A stretch of DNA of 64,000 nt from Mobula hypostoma (lineage: Eukaryota): the NCBI RefSeq assembly GCF_963921235.1, contig NC_086097.1:61382001-61446000 (forward strand), given 5' to 3'. The translations under genes and the position numbers were made by a program. How positions within the stretch are numbered: the first letter of the stretch is position 1; each line of letters begins with the position of its first letter. The notes below the pieces were generated by a model, which worked only from the letters and a program-made list of their open reading frames with translations, was not told the origin of the DNA and made no database searches. This document shows, piece after piece, positions 49,701-60,121 of this stretch.

Positions 49701-52510
49701 AGTTGTTTGTTTGTTGTTCGTCCTTCGTAGTCGAAGATGACCATGGCTTCAAAGTCAAATGGGAGATTGGTGGCTGTGGGTCCGGAGGTGACTGATGAGG
49801 CCAATCTGGGCCCTGAAGGCTCGCCCACATGTGGGACACAAGTGGGTGGGTGCTGTCGTGGCAGTGGATGCTGCTCGGGCCTTGCGCACAGCACGCTTTC
49901 GTTGCGCCTCGATGATGCGCCTGATTTCAGCTGCACGGGCTCCTGTGGTGATCTTGCTGCGCCAAGCTGGACGGTCGAGGGCAAGCGTCTCCCACGTGTT
50001 GATGTCGACACCCAGGCCTTTGAGGGACGCTTTCAGGCAGTCTTTGTAACGTTTCTTCTGCCCCCCGACTGAGCGCTTGCCCTGACACAGTTCTCCGTAC
50101 AGCAGCTGCTTAGGCAATCGGCTGTCTGGCATTCTGACCACATGTCCAGCCCACCTGGCTTGGGCTTTCAGCAGGAGGGTGTAGACGCTGCAGAGCCCAG
50201 CTCGTTCCAGGATTTCCGTGTCGGGGACCTTGTCCTGCCACCTGATGTGGAGGAGTCTGCGGAGACAGCTCAGGTGAAAGTGGTTGAGCTGTTTGGCGTG
50301 TCTGCTGTAGACAGTCCAGGTCTCGCTGGCATAAAGGAGGGTGGTAAGGACCACTGCACAGTAGACCTTCAGCTTGGTGGTAAGGCTGAGTCCTCTCCGC
50401 TCCCAGACATTTTCACGGTGTCTCCCAAAGGCGGCGCTGGCTTTGGCAATCCTGTTGTTGACCTCAGCGTCTATGTTCACTGCGCGAGAGAGTATGCTGC
50501 CCAGGTAGGTGAATTTGTCGGCTGTCTGGAGGTTCTGGCCCTTCACCGTGATGCACGGCTCCTGGTATGGCTTTCCTGGGGCAGGCTGGTACATAACTTC
50601 GGTCTTTTTGGTGCTGATAGTGAGACCGAAGTTGTCGCAGGCTTGTGAGAAGCAGTCCATTTCACGCTGCATCTCCTGCTCTGTGATGGCGTTGAGTGCG
50701 CAGTCATCAGCAAACAACAAGTCTCTGATGACAGTCTCTTGCACCTTTGTAACTGCCTGCAGGCGCCTAAGGTTGAACAACCTGCCATCAGTCCTGTACC
50801 TGACGTGGATTCCTTCTTTGTAATTACGGAAGGCATCTGTCAGCATGGCAGAGAATACCATACTGAACAGAGTCGGGGCAAGAACGCAGCCTTGTTTGAC
50901 GCCATTTGTCACTGGGAAGGCCTCCGACTCGTCGCCGTCATCCAGAACTTTCACCACCATACCGTTGTGGAACTGCCGGATGATTGTGATGAACTTGCTG
51001 GGGCAGCCAAACTTCTCCATGATCTTCCACAAGCCTTCTCTGCTGACCGTATCGAAAGCCTTGGTTAGATCGACAAAGGTCACAAAGAGGTCGCTGTGTT
51101 GCTGCTGGCATTTTTCCTGGAGTTGGCGCGCAGCAAAAATCATGTCCGCGGTCCCACGTTCAGCACGGAAGCCGCACTGGCTTTCTGGGAGCAGACCTTG
51201 CTCAAGATGTTGGAGAAGGCGGTTGAGCAGGACGTGGGCCAGAATGTTCTCCGCAATGGACAAGAGGGAGATGCCTCGATGGTTGTCGCAAGACTGGCGG
51301 TTGCCTTTCCTCTTGTAGATGTGGACTATGCTGGCATCTTTCAGCTGTTGCGGGACCTGTCCCTTTTTCCACATGGACTGGAAGAGTACAGTCAGCTTTT
51401 GCATCATGACAGGGCCTCCTGCTTTGTATACCTCAGCAGGGATTGCATCGGGTCCTGGCGCTTTGCCACAGGAGAGTTGCTTCACTGCCTTCCTGACTTC
51501 ATCTACTGTGGGGAGGGTGTCGAGGTTCTAGCTGATCTCTACCTGGGGCAGGCAGGCAATGGCCTCGTCGTTGATGTCGGCAGGGCGGTTAAGGATGTTG
51601 TTAAAGTGCTCAGCCCACCGATCCAGAACCTGCTTCTTCTCTGTCAGCAGCTGCGTCTCATCTGCATTGAGGAGGGGTGAGGAGCCGGAGGACTGGGGTC
51701 CGTATACAGCCTTAAGCGCATCGTAGAAGCGCTTTATGTTGCGGCTGTCTGCATAGCCCTGGATTTCATCGGCCTTCTTGCTGAACCAGCTGTCCTGCAT
51801 CTCGCGAAGTTTTTTCTGCACCTTTCTTCTTGTGTTGGTAAAGGCATCTTTCTTGGCTAGCGACGTGGGGTCGTTCTGATGCGCTCTGTAATGTTGATGT
51901 TTCTCCGTTAGTAGTGCCTGTATTTCTTCATCATTCTCATCGAACCAGTCTTGGTCTTTTCGGGTTGCTGGTCCGAGATGTTCGAGGGCGGTAGTGTAGA
52001 CAGCGTCTCTGAAGGCCGTCCACTGTTCCTCAACACTGGTCCCGTCATCCTGTAGTGTGTCTGGCAGTCTGCCTTCAAGGTCATCGACGAAGTCTTCTGA
52101 AACCCTGCTGCTTTTCAGCTTGGAGACATTCAGCCTCTTTGCAGTCTTCTGCCCTTGGGGTCTTCTCATGGGCAGAATGCGAAGCCTGAACTTGGACACA
52201 ATGAGGCGGTGGTCGGTCCAGCAGTCGGCACCACACATGGCTCTCGTCACTCTTTACAGGGTGTTGGTGATGACAAGGTCGTGTGTGGCACATGTCTTGA
52301 GGAGCAGAAGGCCGTTGCTGTTACACTTGCCAGTGCCGTGTCTTCCAATGATCCCTTCCCAGGTTTGGTAGTCTGTCCTTACTCTGGCATTGAAGTCCCC
52401 GAGAATGATGAGCTTCTCTGACTGTGGGATTGCTGAGATGAGGGCGTCGAGTTCCTCATAGAACTTGTCTTTAATGTCATCTGGGTTGGTCATGGTGGGA
52501 GCATAGGCAT
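49701..52510 (-). mobile_element. RTE-clade LINE, 5'-truncated, well preserved
   Basis: APE remnants YAPTMT, ILGDFNARV and CWTDHRL; 576-aa ORF 49755-51485 with KAPGPD, ESQCGFR, FVDLTKAFDTV, GVKQGCVLAP, FADD and C-terminal C2H2 CPTCGRAFRAQIGLISHLRTH; (CAA/AAAC) tail next to (TA)n. Confidence 0.95.
49755..51485 (-). CDS. RTE LINE reverse transcriptase plus C-terminal zinc finger (uninterrupted portion)
   Basis: 576-aa open frame carrying the RT motifs; the upstream part of the element ORF is frameshifted and 5'-truncated, so it is probably not expressed. Confidence 0.6.
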   Translation of the reverse strand: MKQLSCGKAPGPDAIPAEVYKAGGPVMMQKLTVLFQSMWKKGQVPQQLKDASIVHIYKRKGNRQSCDNHRGISLLSIAENILAHVLLNRLLQHLEQGLLPESQCGFRAERGTADMIFAARQLQEKCQQQHSDLFVTFVDLTKAFDTVSREGLWKIMEKFGCPSKFITIIRQFHNGMVVKVLDDGDESEAFPVTNGVKQGCVLAPTLFSMVFSAMLTDAFRNYKEGIHVRYRTDGRLFNLRRLQAVTKVQETVIRDLLFADDCALNAITEQEMQREMDCFSQACDNFGLTISTKKTEVMYQPAPGKPYQEPCITVKGQNLQTADKFTYLGSILSRAVNIDAEVNNRIAKASAAFGRHRENVWERRGLSLTTKLKVYCAVVLTTLLYASETWTVYSRHAKQLNHFHLSCLRRLLHIRWQDKVPDTEILERAGLCSVYTLLLKAQARWAGHVVRMPDSRLPKQLLYGELCQGKRSVGGQKKRYKDCLKASLKGLGVDINTWETLALDRPAWRSKITTGARAAEIRRIIEAQRKRAVRKARAASTATTAPTHLCPTCGRAFRAQIGLISHLRTHSHQSPI

Positions 52511-52641
52511 ATATATTTACCATAATACTCAGTTTTTTTCTATTATTATGTATTATATTGTACTGCTGGTGTAAATTCAGTAAATCTCACAACATATGCC
52601 AGTGATATTAAACCTGATTCTGATCCTGAGTCTTGTCATGG

Positions 52642-53159
52642 TGTCAGGATGCTGGAGCAGGGATCCAATCACAGACCCAGTACCGTGCACACAGTGAAAT
52701 TAATTGAGTGACAAATCCCAAGGTGCAAACAAAGTTGGCGTCAAAGTTCAGGCAGAGATCAAAACATCCAGAGAAATCCAAAAACCAGAACCAGGAAACA
52801 AGCAGAGTCAATATCCAGACGGACAGAGTACAAATACAAATACAAATGCAAATGCAAATGCAAATGTAAATGTAAATGCTGGAAAGGCTCAGGAAAATTC
52901 AGTGGCACAAACTGGCAACAAACAGGTGAAAACACAGGACTGAAATACACTGAGCAATAAACAGAGAGGCAGATGATAGGTGGAGCACAATGAGACACAG
53001 GTGGCAGCAATACAGGTAATAATGAGAAGCAGATGAGAGACGGAGTACTCAGTAATGCAGGGGCCGGAGTAGAGCAGGAGCACATGGCAATACAAAACCA
53101 CAGACTGACAGCTAGGGGAAAACACACAAAAAGACAGTGTTCAACTGGAAGTACTGACA
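52642..53159 (-). mobile_element. Solo LTR (Gypsy type) inserted antisense into the sushi-like gag
   Basis: Termini TGTCAG...CTGACA; 5-bp TSD with one mismatch, CATGG (52637-52641) / CATGA (53160-53164); contains a hexamer repeat at ~52829-52878. Orientation is inferred from LTR-end resemblance. Confidence 0.82.
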
Positions 53160-54114
53160 CATGAGTTCTTAAATCAATGCTTTAATGCTCCCTAGTCTTT
53201 AAATTACAACCAGCAAAGTTGCCCTCAGGCAGGTGTAAGGTGGCCCAATAATTTCCTTCCTCTTGGGCAGGGCCCTTTCATGGGCAACAGCTTTATGTGA
53301 GGTATGAACCCATGTGTTCTGATATAAATTGATTTCTAAGAATGATGAGGAGGGTTTTCTTTCATCCTGCCGGGGGCTCCAAGGCAGCTAACAGACTCCT
53401 CCAGCTGCGTCAGGGATGCATGGCCAATGATTCCATTGATTTCTGTACCTTAGCGGCTGACAGCCGGTGAAACAATAAGGCTTTAGTTGCTCTGTTTAGA
53501 TTAAGACTAAATGACCAGCTTAAAGACGTTCTGGAGGATTTGAAGAATCTTATAGAATAACCATGGACATCGACAACCGCATTTCTAAAAGAAGGGGGGA
53601 GGGACGTACGAGTTCACCCACAGGGCTAGTTCTCAAAACTACACAATGCCTAATTGCAGATCCACACATTCATCTCTGGAAGATCCCAGGCCCCCCAGCA
53701 GAGTGAGAGAGATGTATGGGGCACAGGTGTTGCTTATACTGTAGTAAGGCCTGACACTTCTGAGTTGCTGGGATAACTCCTAGGACCATCCAGTAAGGAG
53801 AGAACTGTAATGGTCTCAAGCTTCTTTCCTGTTTTGTCAAGTCCTGGAGTGCTTTTACCATCCCTATTATCTTGAGGGAGACATCGGCATTCTGTGAGAG
53901 CCTTGGCAGATGCTGGTTCAGCGAGGGATTTTTTGAACATCAGATTGGTAGGGAGATTCTAAATTCCTAGGGTATGCCTCAACCAGCCTACCTCTGCTAC
54001 AGCCTTGGATGGTAGAACCTGGACAAATCTTTTATCTTTCTGTTGCTCACAAGTTGACTATTGTAAAGATTGAGGAGATGATTCATTCTCCAGACATTCC
54101 ACTAATCCTTGGTT

Positions 54115-54823
54115 ATGGAAACGTAGAAAATAGGTGCAGGAGCAGACCATTCGGCCCTTCGAGCCTGCACCGCCATTCAGTATGATCATGGTTGATCATC
54201 CAACTCAGAACACTGTACCTGCCTTCTCTCCATACCCCTTGATCCCTTTAGCCACAAGGGCCTTATCTAACTCCCTCTTAAATATAGCCAATGAACTGGC
54301 CTCAACTGTTTCCTGTGGCAGAGAATTCCACAGATTCACCACTCTCTGTGTGAAGAAGTTTTTTTTATCTCAGTCCTAAAAGGCTTCCCCTTTATCCTCA
54401 GACTGTGACCCCTTGTTCTGGACTTACCCAACATTGGAAACAATCTTCCTGCATCTAGCCTGTCCAATCCCTTTAGAATTTTATACGTTTCAATCAGATC
54501 CCTCCTCAATCTTCTAAATTCCAGAGAGTGTAAGCCTAGTCAGTCCAGTCTTTCATCAATTGAAAGTCCTGCCATCCCAGGAATCAATCTGGTGAACCTT
54601 CTTTGTTCTCCCTCTATGGCAAGAATGTATTTCCTCAGATAAGGTGACCAAAACTGCACACAATACTCCAGGTGTGGTCTCACCAAGGCCTTGTACAACT
54701 GCAGTAGTACCTCCCTGCTCCTGTACTCGAATCCTCTTGCTATGAATGCCAGCATACCATTCGCCTTTTTCACCGCCTGCTGTACCTGCATGCCCACTTT
54801 CAATGACTGGTGTACAATGACAC
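54115..54823 (-). mobile_element. CR1 LINE 3' fragment with TSD
   Basis: Near-identical to 20213-21127; TAATCCTTGG duplicated at 54103-54112 and 54839-54848. Confidence 0.93.
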
Positions 54824-55169
54824 TTATGTATATCTTCATAATCCTTGGATTAACTGGTCTTCTGGTAACCTTCAGTGTTAGTTGACCCTGCGCTGGGATA
54901 AGTGCCTTCCTCTAGGTTGCAAGATGACTTCCCAAGGTCCCAAGATGCCTGACCAAGTTTCTGAGATGCCCACCAAAGTTTCTGAGTGACCTGTTGCAAA
55001 CCATATCAAGTTGCTTTCTGACACCTCAAGATTGGACTTGAACTCAACAGAGTTTGTCTAGAGTGCCATTCGGGTATTCAGTTTTGTTGCAGGTGTTCAG
55101 CAAGAGGAGAGCCATTACTTTTCCTCCACATCAGGACTAAAATTGCACCATCAATTTACTACCAAATAT

Positions 55170-56957
55170 GTATTTTAGAAGTACCAAAAGAACCTCTCAA
55201 TAGTAAAGTGTCCATAGCTATGTTTGAGTTGTCTACAAAGTTCATTCCATATGATTGATTGGCTTTCATGGCCATTAGCCAATAACATAGATAGTGAATT
55301 ATTGTTTTACCGGAAGGTTTGGCTGCTGTGAGAAAGTTCAGCATTTTGATTCAAGTTACACTTTCAAAAAACTAACCAGGTGTTCTCAAGTCTCCTTTTT
55401 CCAGTTGTAAGATTAGGAGCACTTGTGTGCTAAAATATAGTCTTTTACCTTTCCAACATTCATCAGAAGCACTCTCTGTGCTTCTTCCTCACATTCCCAA
55501 ATTAATGACCTCTCACTCTAAAGAAGAGTTGAACTCTGCTATAATCTGTCAATAACAACTGTCTGAATTAGTACACTGTATGACGTTTAGGTTTTCAGGC
55601 TTCCATGACCTGTATGAACCTGTCACACATGCACTAAAGGATTCTCCAATTCCAAATGAGGGAGAAATAAAGCAGCTGCTCAATCAGAATGCCCGGATGT
55701 TGCAAAAATGCATTGGAACCTTTGTACTCAAGACTTGCTGAAAAATCAAATACAGGAAAGCTAGTTCAGAGAGATCTAGGCAATACCTCCTACATAAACA
55801 CTGTCATTATAGTCCATTTCATTGCTTCTGACTTCAAGAATGATGTTATGCTGCTCGAGAGTGATTCACAGTCATTAATGATGAAACTTCAAGGGTTATT
55901 TGCTTTCCTGTAACGTAGCCAGACCTGCCATCTCTCCATGTAGCTTCTTAAAAGTGTCATCTCCTTCATGGTTAACCAAGTGGTGCATTAGAAACATTTA
56001 GAGTAGTTAAGATGTCTATTGGACAGATTACATTGAGAAGAAAAGACAAGTAAAGGAATTTCTCATGGATTGAGACATACAGGTGGTGAAACACTTTTAA
56101 AAGGTCGAGATCCAGAAATAGCATTACTATAAACAGCATTTGGTGAGAAGATGTGGACTAGGGTCCTTTGTTATTGTTGTTGTAATGTTTCCTTCCAAGA
56201 GGAAGATTTTTTTTTTAGATCTAGCCCTAGCAGTTCCACCACCTAACAAGGTTCTGCAAAGGTGGGATCATTCAAGTGACCCTGATATTTCAATGAAGAT
56301 TACAAGTGCAAGTAATTTGGCATCACAAGCTGAGAAACAACATATGACTGCCAAGTCTCCAAATAAACAGACACAAACAAAATATAAGGAGCATTCAGTG
56401 CGAGTGGTGCCAATTGAAATAATCGGTTCGCGTGGAAAAGCAAAAGAGGAGTCTGCAGCATCTAGAATTAGTTCTTTGCCACAGAATGATTTTGTAATCG
56501 CCTCTGGGGAAGAAATATGTGACTCAGCAAACTGCAGATTAGTTTCTGACCTCATTTTCTACTATCTTTCACCAGAAATGCTGTCAGGTGATAATAGATA
56601 TATTGCATTAAACGTACCTCATTACAAGAAGCAGAAAAAGTGGTAGAATCGATTGGAAATCTGCATGATTTTGTTTTGACTTTATTGTGATTTGCCTTTG
56701 ATCTTGCAAACATGAAGCACAGAAAAAATTCCATACAATGTATGTGTTCCTTTGTCCTTAAACTACCAATTAGTATGAATTCAAAGATGAATACAAAATT
56801 TGTGGCAAAAATCAGAGATGCAACCAGGAAATTAGAAGCTTTCTGCGGAGCAAAGATGCTAGGTTTCCTCTCAGGGCATTCTGGACCCTCAATTAATCAT
56901 GGACTTCTGAAACACAACACACCTGATTATCATTTATTTGAGTTTATTAGCGTGGTC
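55170..56957 (+). pseudogene. usp35: Processed (intronless) pseudogene fragment of ubiquitin carboxyl-terminal hydrolase 35 (USP35/USP38 family)
   Basis: Stitched translation: MIDWLSWPLANNID (from 55251), GLAAVRKFSILIQVTL, FQHSSEALSVLLPHIP, QLSELVHCMTFRFSGFHDLYEPV..PNEGEIKQLL, KSNTGK..LGNTSYIN, SLMMKLQGLFAFL, LLDRLH*EEK, FGEKMWTRVLCYCCCNVSFQEE-FLDLALAVPPP, DLIFYYLSPEMLSGDNRY..LQEAEKVVE..LTLL*FAFDL. These blocks are collinear with vertebrate USP35 as I recall it, and closer to USP35 than USP38. There are many stops and frameshifts and no introns. Confidence 0.9.
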
Positions 56958-56998
56958 TAATGACTACTTTTATCATTAAGCTGTCACTGTGCTTTTCA

Positions 56999-57239
56999 TA
57001 CAAGTTGCTGGTGAACGCAGCAGGCCAGGCAGCATCTCGAAGAAGAGGTACTGTCGACGTTTCGGGCCAAGACCCTTCATAAGTCTCTTACTGGCTCTTC
57101 TTTCAATTAGTCCTGACGAAGGGTCTCGGCCCAAAACGTCGACTGTACCTCTTCCCAGAGATGCTGCCTGGCCTGCTGCGTTCACCAGCAACTTTGATGT
57201 GTGTTACTTGAATTTCCAGCATCTGCAGATTTCCTCGTG
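56999..57239. mobile_element. Penelope-derived inverted-repeat mini-element with 13-bp TSD
   Basis: TSD ACTGTGCTTTTCA at 56986-56998 and 57240-57252; ~78-bp imperfect inverted arms at ~57002-57079 and ~57116-57194. Confidence 0.85.
57109..57144 (+). ncRNA. Minimal type-I hammerhead ribozyme motif (Penelope-associated), core mutated
   Basis: AGTC-CTGACGA-AGGGTCTCGGCCC-AAAA-CGTC-GACT: stem I, CUGAnGA box, stem II and GUC cleavage triplet are present; the GAAA box reads AAAA. Confidence 0.6.
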
Positions 57240-58221
57240 ACTGTGCTTTTCACGATGCTTATTGTGTGAATACAGTTTCCTGATGCTTCTGGTTCTAAGT
57301 GATTAGTTTTTGATTTTAATCTGCAACGGTTTCCTGTGTTTTATGTTCTGTTTAAGGTTATTCTGGACCAGAGCTCATCGCTGAGCACTCTGTGTGGATT
57401 ACCGTTCTGTGTGCTCAAGTCCCAAATCAGTGAGTTCTAAGTTTGATTATTCTTGTATTATTCTCTGAATAAATCTTCATCATCAATTTCTGCAATTGAG
57501 TCGTGAGATTGCTCTGCACCTGGGTCCGCTCATCTGAATATCATTACATTAATTGCTTTAACATAAAAACTCTAAAATTTTCTGGCAGAAGTTATTTCAA
57601 AATTTGCAGATAGCACTAGTTCAAAGTGTGGTAGGTGGTGATAAACTTCCAGGGATGCACACGACTGGTGAAATGGGCAGAAAGAAAAATGATAAAATCC
57701 AACACAGAGAAGTTCAAAGTGATACATTGATAGAAGAATAATGACTCAAGGCCATGCAATCTTATGTTAGAATTCCTTGTGGGGTTGCAAAGAAAAAACA
57801 AGAGCCCTGATTTCATTCATGCAGAAATCTTAGGAGGCAGGTGAAGTTAACAAAATACTTAACATGCCCGAAACTTCATTTCTAGGATTCCACATTACCA
57901 AAATTTGGAGGCAATGTACTGAAAGGTATTAGTATATAGTATATGTAGGGCTAACCACATAGGAACAATTTCCATGCAGTCCTGTGGTAATGTGATTCAC
58001 TGAATTTAATGAAAGAAGTCAAAGTGATTTATTTAGTACGCACTGTAGTACATCAAACACAGAACAGAACAGCACAGCAGAGGAACAGGTGCTTCAGTCC
58101 ATGATGTTGTCCTGAACCAATAAAATTAGTGATCAAATAGCCAACTAAACTAACCCTTTCTGCCCACACAATGTCTATATACTTTCATATGCTGCTAATT
58201 AATCCACAAAGATCAATATTA

Positions 58222-59140
58222 TATAATGTCCTCGTTAAGAACGTTTTATTATATTTCTACTACTATGCTTTGAAGTATTTTAGCAGTTTTTCTGCAAATG
58301 TCATGTGTTCAATTAGTTAAGCTTCATAGACTAGTGTCCTGGCTTTGGCTGAGATAAAGAGCTGTTTGCTCTACCTAGGAATGTCGTGCCAGCCAATTGG
58401 GTTTGTCTTGGTGTTGTGCTGTAACATGCTGTCCAGTGGGATGCCATGGAACATTCAAGAGGGCTGGGTGGGATCAGATTTCAGAAGGACAGTAGTCTGG
58501 TTTTGGGTCTTTCGTTGGTAGGTGCTGGAACACGAAGGTGGTGCAGAACACAAGGGAAGATGCTGTCAGAATCCTGCCCAAAAGGAGAGACCCCATTGTA
58601 AGAAGTGCTTTGCTCAGATGAATGGTTGCAAGGAGGAAGTGCCAATACTCCTGTGCTAGCCAGTTCATCTGAAATGGTCTTCAAGGGAAGTTCAAACTGT
58701 GGCTGGTGGCTTTCACGTGGGATGTGGGTTCAGCGCTTGAATAATCAAAGTAAAGCACCCCGACTACTCCAGAAATGAGCTCCAATGTTTATGTGCACAT
58801 TTAATTGTACTAGGCCCTTCTCTTTTTTTTCTACTGTTAACTGTTTGTCAGAGTTGAAATATCTGTAAATATATTTCCACTTTAATTTTACGCTGGTGTA
58901 AGATCTATTATTTCCTGGCAAATGATAACTTTGCACGGGGCAGCATTCGTGTAGCATTTACCACAATTTCCATTCTCTCATTGGAACATTCCAATTTTCT
59001 TCTTTGGTTGAACCTGAATCATACTGACCCTAGACGTGTGTTGCTTATTGAAGGTGGCCTTCTCACCATTACCCATGCAATGCTAAGTTACGTGGCTGTT
59101 AGCCATAGCTAACTAATGAGCCAAGTTTGTTAAGAGCCAC
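58222..59140 (+). mobile_element. Degraded solo LTR related to the 43954/47653 LTRs
   Basis: TATAATGTCCTCGTTAAGA resembles TGTAATGCCCTGCTTAAGA; shared GCTGAGATAA..CAGCCAAT motifs; 3' boundary uncertain. Confidence 0.55.
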
Positions 59141-59409
59141 AATGAGAGGGATATAATTCTTCAGAGCTCTGGGCAGACTCTGTCAAGCAGAATGCATCAT
59201 TTAATGTCTCTTTCAACTCTTAAGGAATTCAAAGAATACGAGGTTTGAATGACATACATGGAAATGGAGAATCCTTATTCTTACCTTTTTCACACTGTCT
59301 ACTGATACAGTAGGCTCACTTTGAATTATTTGACAGTATTTACTGTGGGAGGTCACAAAACAAATTTTTATTGCAATGCGTTTGAAAACCTAGTAACAAT
59401 CAAAGAAAC

Positions 59410-60080
59410 AGGGCAGGCATAGACCATCCAGCCATTGAGCCTGCTCCACCATTCAGTAAGATCATGGCTGGCTGCCATGAATGCAGCTCCAACTAACTGT
59501 CCTTACCCACAACCCTTTATTCTCCCACTCAGCAAAAATCTACCTAATTGTGTCTTAAATATATTTAAAAGAGTAACCTCTACTGCATCCCTAGGGCAGA
59601 GAATTCCATAGATTCATTGTTGCTATAGAGTGCTGTCGAGTCATTGTCGACTCATGGCGACCCTATGAATAGTGGGGTTGTCCATAGGGTTTGCGTGGCA
59701 AAATATGGGAGTGAATTGCCATGCCTTTCTTCCACACAGATGCTGTTGCTGCATAGGTTGGGACCTAGCTAGATTTGAACGCAGGACCTTCCAACTCAAA
59801 AGTCCAGTGCTGATGCCACCACACCATTGGCCAGTCTACTACTTGCTGGGGAAAAAGCAGTTACATCTCCTCGTCTCCATCCTAAATTGATTCTCCCAAA
59901 CTTACCAATGGAAACAACATTCCTGCCTGTATTTTATCTATCCCTTTTTTATTTTGATAAGATTCCCTCTCATTCTTCAGAATTTCAGCAAATTTAATAC
60001 CGGGCAACACAATTTCTCCTCATAGATCAACCCTCTCGACTCGTGAAACTCTGCTGTAGAATCTCTAAAGCCAGCATGTC
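59410..60080 (-). mobile_element. Degraded CR1 3' fragment, host of a SINE
   Basis: GAGCCTGCTCCACCATTCAGTAAGATCATGGCTG and GGCAGAGAATTCCATAGATTCA match the CR1 3' ends in this window. Confidence 0.7.
59617..59834 (-). mobile_element. tRNA-headed SINE with RTE/BovB-type 3' tail
   Basis: Minus strand: A-box-like TGGTGTGGTGG, B-box GTTCAAATC, and 3' end ATAGGGTCGCCATGAGTCGACAATGACTCGACAGCAC..AACAA. Confidence 0.65.
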
Positions 60081-60121
60081 CATTTCACTCCTATATTTTG
60101 CTGCCAAGAATACTGAATTCT

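Larger units (their letters stand above)
48615..52624 (+). mobile_element. Degraded Rex1/Babar-type LINE, split by the RTE insertion
   Basis: RT remnants (LDHLVNTNTCVRLLFI, FAND), C-terminal SIQTGCITIW..KFKNSFFPSAI; 3' UTR resumes at ~52510 and ends AAACCTGATTCTGAT. Confidence 0.7.
52625..55165 (+). mobile_element. Sushi/PEG10-RTL1-type Ty3/Gypsy remnant (gag, zinc knuckle, protease, pre-RT linker) with nested solo LTR and CR1
   Basis: PESCHEFLNQC across the solo-LTR junction; RRVFFHPAGGSKAANRLLQLRQG; IDFCTLAADSR; CLYCSKA*HF knuckle; RALADAGSARDF protease; SPDIPLILG; QVFSKRRAITFPPHQD*NCTINLLP. Confidence 0.8.
56982..57548 (+). mobile_element. LTR-like sequence interrupted by a Penelope-derived insertion
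   Basis: Starts TGTCA and ends TTACA; AATAAA near 57468 followed by CTGCACCTGGGTCC, resembling Gypsy LTR U5 ends; no TSD seen. Confidence 0.55.

Noticed and set aside
49737..52421. Multiple long plus-strand ORFs
   Set aside because: Antisense shadows of the GC-rich RTE ORF.
52759..53160. ORF with a His-Leu repeat
   Set aside because: Translation of a hexamer microsatellite inside a solo LTR.
56140..56646. 168-aa ORF with an apparent acceptor (T-run then AG) as a functional host exon
   Set aside because: It is an internal part of the USP35 retrocopy. The T-run encodes the EEDF-FLDL motif with a frameshift, and USP35 homology continues on both sides with stops.
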